Origin: Octopus sinensis
Taxonomy: Eukaryota
Assembly (NCBI RefSeq): GCF_006345805.1
Contig: NC_043008.1
Location: 17,918,001 to 17,982,000 of the forward strand
Direction: 5' to 3'
DNA length: 64,000 bases
Shown here piece by piece: positions 1-11,672 of this stretch. The position numbers were made by a program, and so were the translations under genes. The number at the start of each line of letters is the position of its first letter. Position 1 is the stretch's first letter. The notes beneath the pieces are model-generated. The model saw nothing but the letters and a program-made list of their open reading frames with translations, was not told the origin of the DNA and made no database searches.

Positions 1-19
1 TCAACTATTTTGACCAAGG

Positions 20-288
20 ATTCTTGTGTGGCAAAATAACAACCACTAAAATGTCACAGTTATGAAAAGCATGTAAATTTCCAAACGTGCAATTATGAAA
101 GATTAATTGTAATTTAATTCAATTTATCTTTTTTTTCCTTATTGCGTGACTAAAATTGATATAACTTGAAACCAGCATCATAATTTGATAAAAATATAAA
201 TACTGTCCTCCGTTTGTACACGAGAACGTTCTCAAAGCGTTTCCACATATTCTTGCTAATAGATTGAACGAGAATCTCTTCCTCCAGT

Positions 289-327
<39 letters not shown>

Positions 328-701
328 AACAATTACGCACACACACATAATTTAAATAAGAGTAACGACTGAATAGTGCCGCAGTGTAGAAGACGACAAA
401 TGTCTTTTAAAATACCATGTTTATCGCTACTGATAAAATCCTATATAGATTTTATCTTTGATTATAATATATATAATATATATATATATTATAATATATA
501 TATATATATATAATATATATATATATATTATATATATTATAATCAAAGATAAAATCTATATAGGATTTTATCAAGTAGCGATAAACATGGTAGTTTTAAA
601 GACATTTGTCGTCTTCTACACTGCGGCACTATTCAGTCGTTACTCTTATTTAAATTATGTGTGTGTGTGTCATTGTTTATATATATATTATATATAATAT
701 A

Positions 702-745
<44 letters not shown>

Positions 746-1035
746 GTGTGTGTGTGTGTGTGTGTTGTACTGGAGGAAGAGATTCTCGTTCAATCTATTA
801 GCAAGAATATGTGGAAACGATTGAGAACGTTCTCGTGTACAAACGGAGGACAGTATTTATATTTTTATCAAATTATGATGCTGGTTTCAAGTTATATCAA
901 TTTTAGTCACGCAATAAAAAAAAAAAGATAAATTGAATTAAATTACAATTAATATTTCATAATTGCACGTTTGGAAATTTACATGCTTTTCATAACTGTG
1001 ACATTTTAGTGGTTGTTATTTTGCCACACAAGAAT
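20..1035. repeat. ~1 kb near-perfect inverted duplication centred on a (TA)n tract
   Basis: 20-~470 is the reverse complement of ~535-1035 (e.g. attcttgtgtggcaaaataacaaccactaaaatgtcac vs gtgacattttagtggttgttattttgccacacaagaat), with a few substitutions and indels and different internal microsatellite lengths. Confidence 0.95.
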
Positions 1036-1564
1036 ATATAACAATTCAATAAAGATGTTATTCACACCATATAGAAAACAGATACTATAAATTAAATCCA
1101 TAAAGTACAATCAATTGTAAATAGCAGTAAAAAGACAAGATAAGTCATATTTTTATTTTCAGAAATGTTGTAAAATGCTTTCCGATTATTTATAGTTAAT
1201 ACACGTATTTTTCATATATTTATTTGATAATTATTATAAGTTAAGATAAGTACATTTACTCTATTATTATTATTTTATTATCTATTAAATTAGACCTGAT
1301 GATTGACTATATTTTTAAATAGAATTAATTATAGTTCGATTCAGTTTTGAATCGAATTGATTTTATCATTATTATTTATTTGAAAATATAGACATGAAAC
1401 GTGCGTAGTCTTTTTAATAGTATTTACTATTTATTGTACTTTATTGATTTAATATAAGTTTTTTTTTAAACTGAATGTGATCTCGAAAATGTAAGTTGTT
1501 TGTGCAGTAAGTATTTGTCTTTAAACAGTCAATATTTTAATGTCTTTTAAAATTATTTTCAAGT

Positions 1565-2005
1565 CATTAATTTCCGTAAAAAAATTTATTTCTTTATTTT
1601 GTTTTAAGTGAAAGAGAGGAGAAAATGAAAGATATATGGACGTGTATATGAAATGGACGTGTGTGTGAGAGAGAGAGAGAGAAGGAGAGAGACAGAGAAA
1701 GGGAGAGAGAGAAAAAGAGAGACAGAGAAAGAGTGAGAGAGAGAAAGATTGAGTCAAGTGGTGCGTTGTATTGCATATGTACCTACATCAATATATCCTT
1801 TTGTATGTACGGGCGCTTGTGAGTGAGTATGTGAGAGAGAGAGATTGAATGTGTGTGTTCTCATGTATTTGTAAGTGGCACTCTCTCTCTCCCTCACACA
1901 CACACACACACGTCCATTTCATATACACGTTCATATATCTTTCACTTTCTCCTCTCCTTCAATTTAAAACAAAAAGAAATAGATAAAAAATTTTAGGGAA
2001 ATTAA
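1565..2005. repeat. Inverted repeat pair (~115-bp arms) around a GA/CT-rich core, MITE-like
   Basis: 1565-1680 (..gaaaatgaaagatatatggacgtgtatatgaaatggacgtgtg) pairs with ~1895-2005 (cacacgtccatttcatatacacgttcatatatctttcactttc..). Confidence 0.8.
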
Positions 2006-2819
2006 CGAACAAAACTAGCTGATCCGGATGACTGTTCTGAGTGTCAAAGCGAAAAATCGCATCAAGGGAATATCATTACAAAATTTGTTTGTAGTACGTT
2101 CAACATGTCTCGGCTCCAAAGTTTTGGCTGCTATTTCTAGCACGCCCTGCTATCTTGTAACAGCTATTTGCGATTAAGGCCCCGAAATACCTGTTATGTG
2201 GTGGCAGAGTGTGCAAGAACTAGCAGCCAAATCTTTCCTTTACGGGGAAGTAAGACGTTTACGCGTGATTTCGATGTTACATTCGTTGAAAGCATGCGAA
2301 ATAACACGGAAAAGAAAAAAAAAACGTGAAACAAAATTCCGTTGCTGGGAAACTGAGACTTTGCACGTGACCCAACGGGTCACAGGTATTCTAGAAAATA
2401 TATAAGATATTAATATACATATATAAACAGGCGAGTGAAATTAGGTGATAAAAGTATAATTGTATAAAAATATAGATTTATAAAAGTATATTTAGAATTT
2501 AGAATTGAAGTCATCTTAAAAAGCATTATAGAACGGGGTTGTAAACATTATTTAAGAATAAACTATGCCCTTACAAAAAGGTGAATAAAATAAAGCCTTT
2601 CGAAGGGCGAATAAAAACATCCTAACGTTGAGATTGGAATTTTTTTCAAAGACAATATGTAAATAATAGACTCCGATATTATCCGACCGTTCAAGTAGGT
2701 CTCCCGGCGGTAGAGCGTATTTTTGTTTGACTGTGCTCTTTTTTCCAAAGTGGATGAGCTCAAATTTTTCTTCGTTTATCTGCATATTGTGTTTTTGTGC
2801 CTACTGGGTTACTGCGCAT

Positions 2820-3350
2820 AGGTCGATCATAGGTCGGTCCCTTAATGTCTTTCTGAATCTTAATGTCAACAGCAAATATTTTAATGGTGCTATGTTCAAT
2901 GGAATCTGATACAGACAATAAAAATAAGTGGACCCAGCACACTGTGCTTGGTTCACTTCCGCTGATGACTTTTTTTAGTCTTGAGTTGATGCCATCAACC
3001 ACGACATTCTGGGTCCTGTTTGTTAGGAAACACTTAATCCATTGCCTTCAGCGTTGACTTAGTCAATCGACTCCACCGAGCCGAGCGTTGGATAGTTTCC
3101 TTAATAGCATATTGTGGCCGACTCTGTCAGAGGCCTTGCTGAAATCAAGATATATGACATCGACATTGGAGCCCTCACTTAGTTCATTTAAGATGTCATC
3201 AATGTGGTAGAGGAGCTGTGTTAGACAGTCCCGGCCACCACGAAAGCCATGCTGGTTGCAATTTAGAAGTTGATTTTGCTTTAGAGAGACTGTTATTCTT
3301 GATCTCAACACCCTCTCAAATATTTTGATGATATGTGAGGTGAGTGAGAT
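2820..3350 (-). mobile_element. Decayed non-LTR retrotransposon (CR1/L2-group) reverse transcriptase fragment
   Basis: Minus-strand translation ISLTSHIIKIFERVL..NQHGFRGGRDCLTQLL..VDVIYLDFSKASDRVGH, then after frameshifts/stops HSVLGPLIF..IKIFAVDIKI. These match LINE RT motifs (QHGFR, YLDFSKAFD, SVLGP, FADD). Confidence 0.92.
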
Positions 3351-3399
3351 ATATGTATGCAGTATATATATATATATAATTATATATATATGAATATTT

Positions 3400-3454
<55 letters not shown>

Positions 3455-3473
3455 ATATATGTATATATATATA

Positions 3474-3629
3474 CTTTATTAAAGCAGCAGAAAATTCAAC
3501 AAAATCTGTACTCTGAGTTTTCCGTTGCCGTTCATCGGACAGTTTTTCTAGCAAAAAACTGTCCGATGAACGGCAACGGGAAACTCAGAGTAACAGATTT
3601 TGTTGAATTTTCTGCTGCTTTAAATAAAG
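3474..3629. repeat. Hairpin palindrome (~75-bp arms, 5-nt loop) of a short Penelope-like terminal repeat
   Basis: ctttattaaagcagcag..catcggacagttttt-ctagc-aaaaaactgtccgatg..ctgctgctttaaataaag; the arms differ by a few 1-nt indels and one substitution. Confidence 0.95.
3559..3596 (+). ncRNA. Minimal type-I hammerhead-like motif (mirrored, more degenerate copy on - strand at ~3505-3541)
   Basis: Stem I CTGT/ACAG, core CCGATGA, A, stem II CG-GCAA-CG, G, GAA, stem III ACTC-A-GAGT, cleavage triplet GUA. Confidence 0.6.
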
Positions 3630-3697
3630 CATATTACTCTACCACTGGTATTTGAGTACTCTTTTTCCACCTTGTTTCACATTTATGTGTTTACTCC

Positions 3698-3745
<48 letters not shown>

Positions 3746-4129
3746 CGTATGTATTATGTGAGTATGTGTATATATATGTATGTATGTATGTATATAAGGT
3801 ATCATCGATATTCAACCTCACTCACCATTCCAGAACCATATTCGATATTTCAATACACTACCTCAGATTTTTCATGTTATATCGATATGTCGCTTCTTCA
3901 CAATATTCCATGTTCTCTTTCTATATATTCTCTCTCTCCTTTTATTTCGCTTCTCTATTTTAGTTACCCCGTATTCTCTCTCTCGTTTTCTCTTACCTTT
4001 TCTTTTTGGTCTTCCCCTTCCCTTTGCCTTCTGTTACTTCATTTCTATCACTATTATTACTTGTAGCATCCCTTTTCTTTTCCTTGCTATTTCATTTTGC
4101 TGTATTTTTTGCTTTACCCTTTTTACTCT

Positions 4130-4336
4130 TTTACTCTTTTACTTGTTTCAGTCATTTGACTGCGGCCATGCTACAGCACCGCCTTTTAATCGAGCAACTC
4201 GATCCCGGGACTTATTCTTTTGTAAGCCCAGTACTTATTTTATCGGTCTCTTTTGCCGAACCGCTAAGTAACGGGGACATAAACACACCAGCATCGGTTG
4301 TCGAGCAATGCTAGGGGGACAAACACAGACACACAG
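4130..4336 (-). mobile_element. SINE family B, 3' half
   Basis: Reverse complement of cgcttgacaaccgatgctggtgtgtttatgtccccgt..ggtgctgtagcatggccgcagtcaaatgactgaaacaagt, a segment recurring many times in the window. Confidence 0.85.
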
Positions 4337-4371
4337 ATGTATTAGTATAACGCTCAGGAATTGAAAAAAGT

Positions 4372-4407
4372 CTTTAACGTTTCGAGCCTACGTTCTTCCA
4401 CAGAAAG
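4372..4407 (-). ncRNA. Hammerhead-like motif in a short repeat (4337-4460) inserted in SINE-B microsatellite
   Basis: CTTT-CTGTGGA-A-GAAC-gtag-GCTC-GAA-ACGT-T-AAAG; A6 is replaced and stem II has one mismatch. Confidence 0.45.
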
Positions 4408-4596
4408 GAACGCAGAAAGAAACAAGGAGAGAAAAAATTGTGCGTAGTGGCTACCGATGTATGTATGTATGTATGTATGTATGTATGTATGTATGTATGT
4501 ATGTATGTATGTATGTATGTATGTATATAGTTATATGATACTGCGTGATAGTATTTTTCTGTCTCTAACAATATTTATATAAATTATATGCATGAA

Positions 4597-4860
4597 TGGC
4601 TGTGTGATAAGTAGCTTGCTTACCAATCAAATGGTTCCGAGTTCAGTCCCACTGCGTGGAACCTTGTGCAAGTGTTTTCTACTATAGACTCGGGCCGACC
4701 AGAGTCTTGGATCTCGTATATTCATATATGTGTGTGTCTGTCTGTTTGTTCGCCCACCATCGCTTGACAACCGATGTTGGTGTTTACGTCCCCCGTAACA
4801 TAGCGGTTCGGTATAAGTGACCGATAGAATAAGTACTAGGCTTAGAAAGAGTAAAAGAAT
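4597..4860 (+). mobile_element. SINE family B (tRNA head plus CORE-like segment), internally deleted
   Basis: tggctgtgtgataagtagcttgct..ccgagttcagtcccactgcgtgg (A/B-box-like), then ttgtgcaagtgttttctactatag and the family-B 3' half. Confidence 0.85.
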
Positions 4861-5306
4861 ATAGATACATACTTCTCGGTATGTATACGCTTACAATTAA
4901 AATAGGTTAATATATACTTAAATGTGTTATAAATTATTTATTTTGAAAGAATCAAATTTATTTCAGATTGTTTGCGTCTAAGAATTAGAATGTATGTTTT
5001 GAACATACATTTTTATAGAATAAAAACACTTCTGACAAAGAATCAGATAATCCTGTTTCTAATCTTCTGATTATATTCATCATCAAATTGTAAAATATAT
5101 GTCACATTCTTCTGCATGGTTTTTGTTACTATGTTCTGAATCTTGAAGCCTGTAGGCATTCGATTTAAACAGGTTAGAAAGTGATTGACACATTCCATAG
5201 CAAAATGTTGCCGGTTCAAACCATATGAAATCTCGACACACAGAGGCTCTTGCATGAACATACACTCACAACCAGGCATACGTCTATACACACACAGACA
5301 CACACA

Positions 5307-5369
<63 letters not shown>

Positions 5370-5424
5370 CTCTCTCACATTCTCTCGCTCTCTCTCACTG
5401 CATATATATATTTAGACAGATAGA

Positions 5425-5640
5425 CATTTCGTTTTTGGATTTGGTTTGCAAGATTCTTTATATGAGTTCGTGTGTTGAAGTATATTCTGTTATACCACTT
5501 ATTTAATTTTTTATTTTTCTAAAATTTTCAAGAGGCAACGGAAATTTTGAAAATTATGAAAAAGAAATAAGTGGAAATTTTACCGGTGTGTGTGTTAAAT
5601 TATAAGGCACCAAAAGAAAATGACTCTCCCTAGACACAAC
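5425..5640. repeat. Dispersed repeat with internal fold-back (5495-5574), same family as 10620-10941
   Basis: Shares ttttggatttggtttgcaagat and gaaaatgactctccc.agacacaacag with 10620-10941; ccacttattt..aaaattttc pairs with gaaattttg..aaataagtgg. Confidence 0.7.
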
Positions 5641-5899
5641 AGATTAGATAGATAGTAAAATGTAAAATCCAAAGATCGAGGTGTAGGAAGAGAGTGAGCT
5701 TCACGCACACCATACAAACTATAATGAACAACTTTGAGAAACAACAGTAATATAATGGGGCGGACGTTTGTGAATTTTTCCGTATCAAAGTACGATAACC
5801 TCTAAGTAATTACTTTTTTTTTATTTCAAGGTTGGTAGCCAGGGTTTGCCGTGTTTAGCACTTGGATATATGTGTGCATGTGTGTGTATGTGTGTGTGT

Positions 5900-6093
5900 G
5901 TTTGTGTTTGTCCCCCGAACATCGCTTGACAAACGATAGTGGTGTGTTTATGTCTCCGTAACTTAGCGGTTCGGCAAAACAGGCCGATATAACAAGTACT
6001 AAGCTAAGAAAGGAAAAGTCCTGGAGTCAATTTGCTCGACTAAAGGCAGTGCTCCTGCATGGCCGGAGTCAAATGACTGAAACAAGTAACAGA

Positions 6094-6095
<2 letters not shown>
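5900..6095 (+). mobile_element. SINE family B, 3' half
   Basis: catcgcttgacaaacgatagtggtgtgtttatgtctccgtaacttagcggttcggc..gtcaaatgactgaaacaagtaac. Confidence 0.85.
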
Positions 6096-6130
<35 letters not shown>

Positions 6131-6215
6131 CATACATATATATGTATATATATATATATACGTATATATACATATACATATACATATATGTATATATATA
6201 TATATATATAATATA

Positions 6216-6298
<83 letters not shown>

Positions 6299-6898
6299 GA
6301 TATATATATATTGATACAAGTGAAAGAATTGAAGAAATGAATTTCAAAATACATAGAGAATATATGAATATATTAGAATTTAAATGTTTTTAGATATCGG
6401 AATACACTTGACCGATTTTACATCACATTTTTTTCAAAAGTGTAAGTGTACGGCGGATTTGCGTCGTGAATTGCCCCTGGCTTTTGTAACAATATATATT
6501 CATATATATAAATATATATACGTGTGTGTTTTGTGTCGGTGTGTTTTGTGTCTGTTCTTGTTGTGTCTGTGTGTGTCCGTGTGTGTGTTCATGTGTGTAC
6601 CTGTGTATACATGTTTTTGCGTGTATTCATTTCGAATTTCAGTAAGCATCATGAAAGGACTATAACTCAGCAATGCCTTGTAAAGGAAACCAGCTATCAG
6701 GAGCAACTTCGTACATCTTAAACCAGTCGCCTTTATCAGTGCGAAAAAACGACACATACTTAGCGATACCACCCGCCTTACCCACCCAAAATCCATGTAC
6801 ACGAAATAAATAATACCTTGATATGCGGGTGTCATTTTATACCTGCTTTCTTTAGCAATTCAGTTTATATTTACGTAATATTTTTATAACGAAAGTGA

Positions 6899-7295
6899 CG
6901 AACTGGCAGAAACAATAGCGCACCGGGCTATTCAGAGTTCAAATTCCGCTGAGGTCGATTTTGCCTTTCATCCTTTCGGGGGTCGATAAATTAAGTACCA
7001 GTTACGCACTGAGATCGATATAATCGACTTAATCCCTTTGGATGTTCATGTTTGTCCCTTCTATGTTTGGCCTCTTGTGAGCAATAAAGAAATAAGAAAT
7101 GTTAGCACGCTGGGCGAAATATTAATCGGTATTTCGTCTGTCTTACGCTCTGAGTTCAAATTCCACCGAGGTCGATTTTGCCTTTATTTCTTTCGAGGTC
7201 AATAAATTAAATAACAGCTACGTACTGGCGTCGATCTAATCAACTGATCCCCCCACCAAAAATTTCGGGCCTTCTGCCTTGAGTAGAAAAGAATA
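6899..7295 (+). mobile_element. SINE family A, two internal units
   Basis: ctggcagaaac..gagttcaaattcc (B box)..gcctttcatcctttcggggtcgataaattaagtaccag; the unit occurs twice. Confidence 0.85.
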
Positions 7296-7632
7296 TTTTT
7301 AATGACTGAGAGTGCCCAGTATTTCAACAATCAGGCGAATCCGTCAGTTTATGTGTATTTGAGTTAAGTATAAGGGGTGTGGGAAACACCTTAAAATATA
7401 TGACAGAATTTAGCATATCTAATGCCCAGCCTGCTGATGATACATTAAATATGAGAACGAGTACCAATCCAATGGAAATGAAACATAATAAATACCCTAC
7501 AAAATTGCAATCGTAAATGAATCCAGTTTGATGGAAAGATAAACAACACTATCCACAAGAAGAGAGAGTATCAGAGTCAGAAAGAGAGAGACAGACAGAG
7601 ACAGATTCAGTAATGCTTTAAATAACCAATTG

Positions 7633-8015
7633 TGGAGGCGCAATGACCCAGTGGTTAGGGCAGCGGACTCGCGGTCATAGGATCGCGGTTTCGATTCTCT
7701 GACCGGGCGTTGTGAGTGTTTATTGAGCGAAAACACCTAAAAGCTCCACGAGGCTCCGGCAGGGGATGGTGGTGATCCCTGCTGTACTCTTTCACCACAA
7801 CTTTCTCTCACTCTTACTTCCTGTTTCTGTTGTACCTGTATTTCAAAGGGCCGGCCTTGTCACTCTCTGTGTCACGCTGAATATCCCCGAGAACTACGTT
7901 AAGGGTACACGTGTCTGTGGAGTGCTCAGCCACTTACACGTTAATTTCACGAGCAGGCTGTTCCGTTGATTCGGATCAACCGGAACCCTCGTCGTCGTAA
8001 CGGACGGAGTGCTTC
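7633..8015 (+). mobile_element. SINE family C, full length with target-site duplication
   Basis: tRNA-like head tggaggcgcaatgacccagtggttaggg..ggtttcgattct; aaataaccaa is repeated on both flanks. Confidence 0.85.
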
Positions 8016-8049
8016 CCAAATAACCAAATGTTATGTGTAAGCTTTTGAA

Positions 8050-8618
8050 TAATATCTTACATGACTGAAGCGAGACAAAGAGGTCAGATAACTGCAGCGT
8101 ATCAAGATTTCCTTGTCTCTATGAATTGATTGTTTTGTGAGCACACATGGGGTGAGGACCGTTTTCCGATGATGAAATCCAACAGTGATTTCCCTGCTCG
8201 CATTCGACTGTGTCTAAACTTCTTAAGTAAGAATGAGGACATCATTGTTGTTATATTCAATGCAATAGTCAACAACAAACTGAAGCCTTGAATAACTAAT
8301 GTATTTCAATGCATTTAATAGAAACGCCAGCAAATTTCGATTCTTTTGGTAAGTTAGTAACACTCAGTTTGCCAAAATGGCGCCATTCGCTGTCACATGT
8401 AGAAGTTTTATTTATTGGATGAGTACAATAGATCACTACTGCGTAGCTGAACTTATTGAAGGCGAGCATTATTTGTGTCATAGCTTTTCTTTTTAACATG
8501 CTTGTTTCATTTGTTCAAGATTTTGATTAAAAATATAAAAGTATTCCATTGAAGAGCCAAAGATATGATTATGTACATCATAAAATATAGCCATGTTATA
8601 TATGTGTGTATGCGTGTG

Positions 8619-8660
<42 letters not shown>

Positions 8661-10540
8661 GTTGGTAGATGAAACTGATCATTTCTAGAAACTATTTTTA
8701 ACACCTAAGCAATGAGTTAATCAAAAGAAACCCTACCATATCTGCAAAACGTGTCAGATTAGACAAGAATAAATTTTATGATGGCGCAACTTATGAATTA
8801 CATTATATATAATATCTTCGGAAATACATGTGTCTACCAAGTTTCTATACATGTCTGTTCCGCTTTTCATGTATCTATCTATCACTGAACTGAAAGTAAT
8901 ATGGGAAGAACATATGACGCTCACGAGAGAGATAGTAGCGAATACAAGGAATTGGTAGAACAGCGTAGAACGTAAGACTGCCGTGCCAGACAATAGGATA
9001 TTCATTACGCAAATGTTATTTAATTTATTGACCCCGAAAGAATGAAAGGCAAAATCGACCTCGGCGGAATTTGAACTCAGAACATAAAGACAGACGAAAT
9101 ACGTATTTCTTTACTACCCACAAGGGGCTAAACACAGAGAGGACAAACAAGGACAGACAAACAGATTAAGTCGATTATATCGACCCCAATGCGTAACTGG
9201 TTCTTATTTGATCGACACCGAAAGGATGAAAGGCAAAGTCTACCTCGGCGGAATTTGAACTCAGAATATAGCGGCAGACGAAATACCGTTTAGCATTTCC
9301 CTGGGCGTGCTAAAGTGTCTTATGTTTTTTAATGAAGCAAAAAGTTTTGAGGCATACATTCCCTCTTCAAAGCTGTAGAAAAAATGCTGCGCGGTGGTTT
9401 TGGTAAAGAGTGTAGTTTCAGGAATACTAGCTGATACTTTATCAACTCGGCGCAGTTGCCTCTCGTTAAACATCTGAAACTGTAAGATGACTTTGCCTAG
9501 ATTCCTACATAAAGATCTGGAAAGAAATTCTTTGGTGTATTTCGTCCAAGCCCTAACGATTCAGAAAGAACAAAGTAATGTCGTAGAAAGGGAGTTTATT
9601 GAAACTATTCATCTAAGGAGTCTGATTAACTTTAATGTAATATCACGGATATACTTTATTATCTACATAAAAATTTAGATGATATTAACTTTATCTCGAT
9701 TAAGCAAACCAAATTTCGATCGACAAATATTTATTTGTCTGACGTAATATGTTTGTTTTCCATATATTTGCTTCAGTTTTCTCACCAACACAACTCCTTA
9801 CTTTCTAGTAGAATGCATTACACGAACTACAATGGAATATTAATGTTGAGAATAACATTGGATTAACTGTTAATGTTGTATTGTCCTCCTACATATGTTA
9901 AACGATTTCATCTGTTACATCGAAAATAACAAGTAATTTGATAAATAGTTTTACATATTTAATATTTCATATTAGTTTAAATCTTCACAAATCCATCTTA
10001 GTTCAGCTTCTGCAAGTATTCAATATATACGAAATCTAGTATTTATCACATCAGATTTTACTAACACACGCAGCTAAGTTTGTTTGTAACGCCGTGAAAC
10101 ATAGAACAGTTGTTTGTTTTGGAAGTTACCCAACATGGCGACAACGTGTTGTTTAGAAGTTGTTATAACTGAAGACTTAATGAGAAAAATGAGCTTAAGG
10201 ATATATCAGTCTGCAAATCTATGTGGTAACGTCACTTCAAACAATTCTGATATGCTCTTTGATTCAAAACATCAACTATATTCCTCGTTAAAATATGTTT
10301 CCTATAATCAGTTTATTACAGCCTTAACTAATAACGAGCAACCATGTTTTTTCTTTACTTAAGTATTCTCCTTGTATATCGTCTGTAAGAGAAACACTTT
10401 GAAGTCAATAATCTTAGTATAAGCGACATTTTTAAACTGTTGGAAATTCTTAGTTAACAGGCTATTACCCGTATACGCGTGGCTAATAAGCTAATGCTGT
10501 TGTATAATTGAGATTTGTACCAGATGCTATTGGCAGAAAT
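8050..10540 (-). pseudogene. Probable Toll-like receptor (LRR-TM-TIR) pseudogene, interrupted by a SINE and a microsatellite
   Basis: Minus-strand fragments in the expected order: LRR-like NIVDVLNQRAYQNCLK*RYHIDL, ESLGLGRNTPKNFFPDL, LFASLKNIRHF|NNI; hydrophobic WLYFMMYIIISLALQWNTFIFLIK; TIR-like KFSYAVVIYC..KLLHV..NGAILAN*..KNRNLL..LQFVVDYCIEYNNNDVLILT. Many stops and frameshifts; family call is by eye. Confidence 0.5.
9018..9312 (-). mobile_element. SINE family A, 5'-truncated, inserted in the LRR relic
   Basis: Reverse complement of the family-A unit (gacagacgaaatac..aaaggatgaaaggcaaagtc..ggaatttgaactcagaa). Confidence 0.88.
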
Positions 10541-10678
10541 ATATATAACATTATGTGTACGTGTGTATGTGTGTGAGTGTGTATGTGTATTCATTGCATA
10601 TATATATATATATATATATATCGATTTTGGATTTGGTTTGCAAGATGCTTTATGTGAGTTCGTATGTTGAAGCATATT

Positions 10679-10941
10679 CTGTTGTGTCTGGGGAGAGTAA
10701 TTTTCTTTTTGTGCATTATAATTTAACACACTCACCGGTAAAAATTCCATTTAATTCTTATTTTTATTTTCTTAAAATTTTCGTTGTGTCTTGCAACCAT
10801 TTCATTAGTCTTGAATACTGAAAAGGTTGCAAGATGCAATGAAAATTTTAGGAAAATAAAAATAAATAAGTTGAAATTTTATCGGTGAGTGTGTTAAATT
10901 GTAAGACACAACAAGAAAATGACTCTCCCCAGACACAACAG
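10679..10941. repeat. Imperfect palindrome (~125-bp arms, ~14-nt spacer)
   Basis: ctgttgtgtctggggagagtaattttct..tcttgcaaccatttca / ctgaaaaggttgcaaga..agaaaatgactctccccagacacaacag; the arms are visibly diverged. Confidence 0.88.
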
Positions 10942-10962
10942 TGTATATATATATATAATATA

Positions 10963-10995
<33 letters not shown>

Positions 10996-11155
10996 ATATA
11001 TACACACATTATATATGTATATATATATATATATATATATAAATAAACATATATATATATGTGTGTATCTATGCATGTGCAGCATAGCACGCATGCACAT
11101 ACACACGCATATATAAGTATGCGTGCGTGTGTGTGTGTGTGCGTATATATACATA

Positions 11156-11222
<67 letters not shown>

Positions 11223-11374
11223 ATAGAGAGAGAGAGATAGAAAGAGAGGGGGGATTTAGATATATGCTCCTTTAAAAAGAAAAAAAGATCATCCGCTCGT
11301 TTTTTAAAAAAAAAACTCTTGCTCCACATAAATCACTTCCTAAATCGTCCTATACATATATCTGAAAGATATTT

Positions 11375-11402
11375 AATAATAATAATACTAATACTATTAA
11401 TG

Positions 11403-11435
<33 letters not shown>

Positions 11436-11672
11436 TAATAATAATAATATAATAATAATAATATAATAACAACAACAATAATAATAATAATAATAATAAT
11501 GATAATAATAATAATAATGATGATAACAACAACAAAAACAACAAAAACAAGAACAAGAACAAGAACAAGAAGAAGAAGAAGAAGAAGAAGAAGAAGAAGA
11601 AGAAGAAGAAGAAGAAGAAGAAGAAGAAGAAGAAGAAGAAGAAGAAGAAGAAGAAGAAGAAGAAGAAGAAGA
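11375..11672. repeat. Compound microsatellite (AAT)n-(AAC)n-(AAG)n
   Basis: Visible trinucleotide arrays grading into a pure (GAA)n run. Confidence 0.95.

Noticed and set aside
1376-1406. TTGAAAA..GAAACGT motif
   Set aside because: G at the cleavage position, poor stem II and no stem I complementarity.
8754-9005. GPCR-like DRY motif (FSSVIDRY) in a minus-strand ORF
   Set aside because: No coherent seven-helix pattern around it; flanking fragments fit LRR-TM-TIR better.
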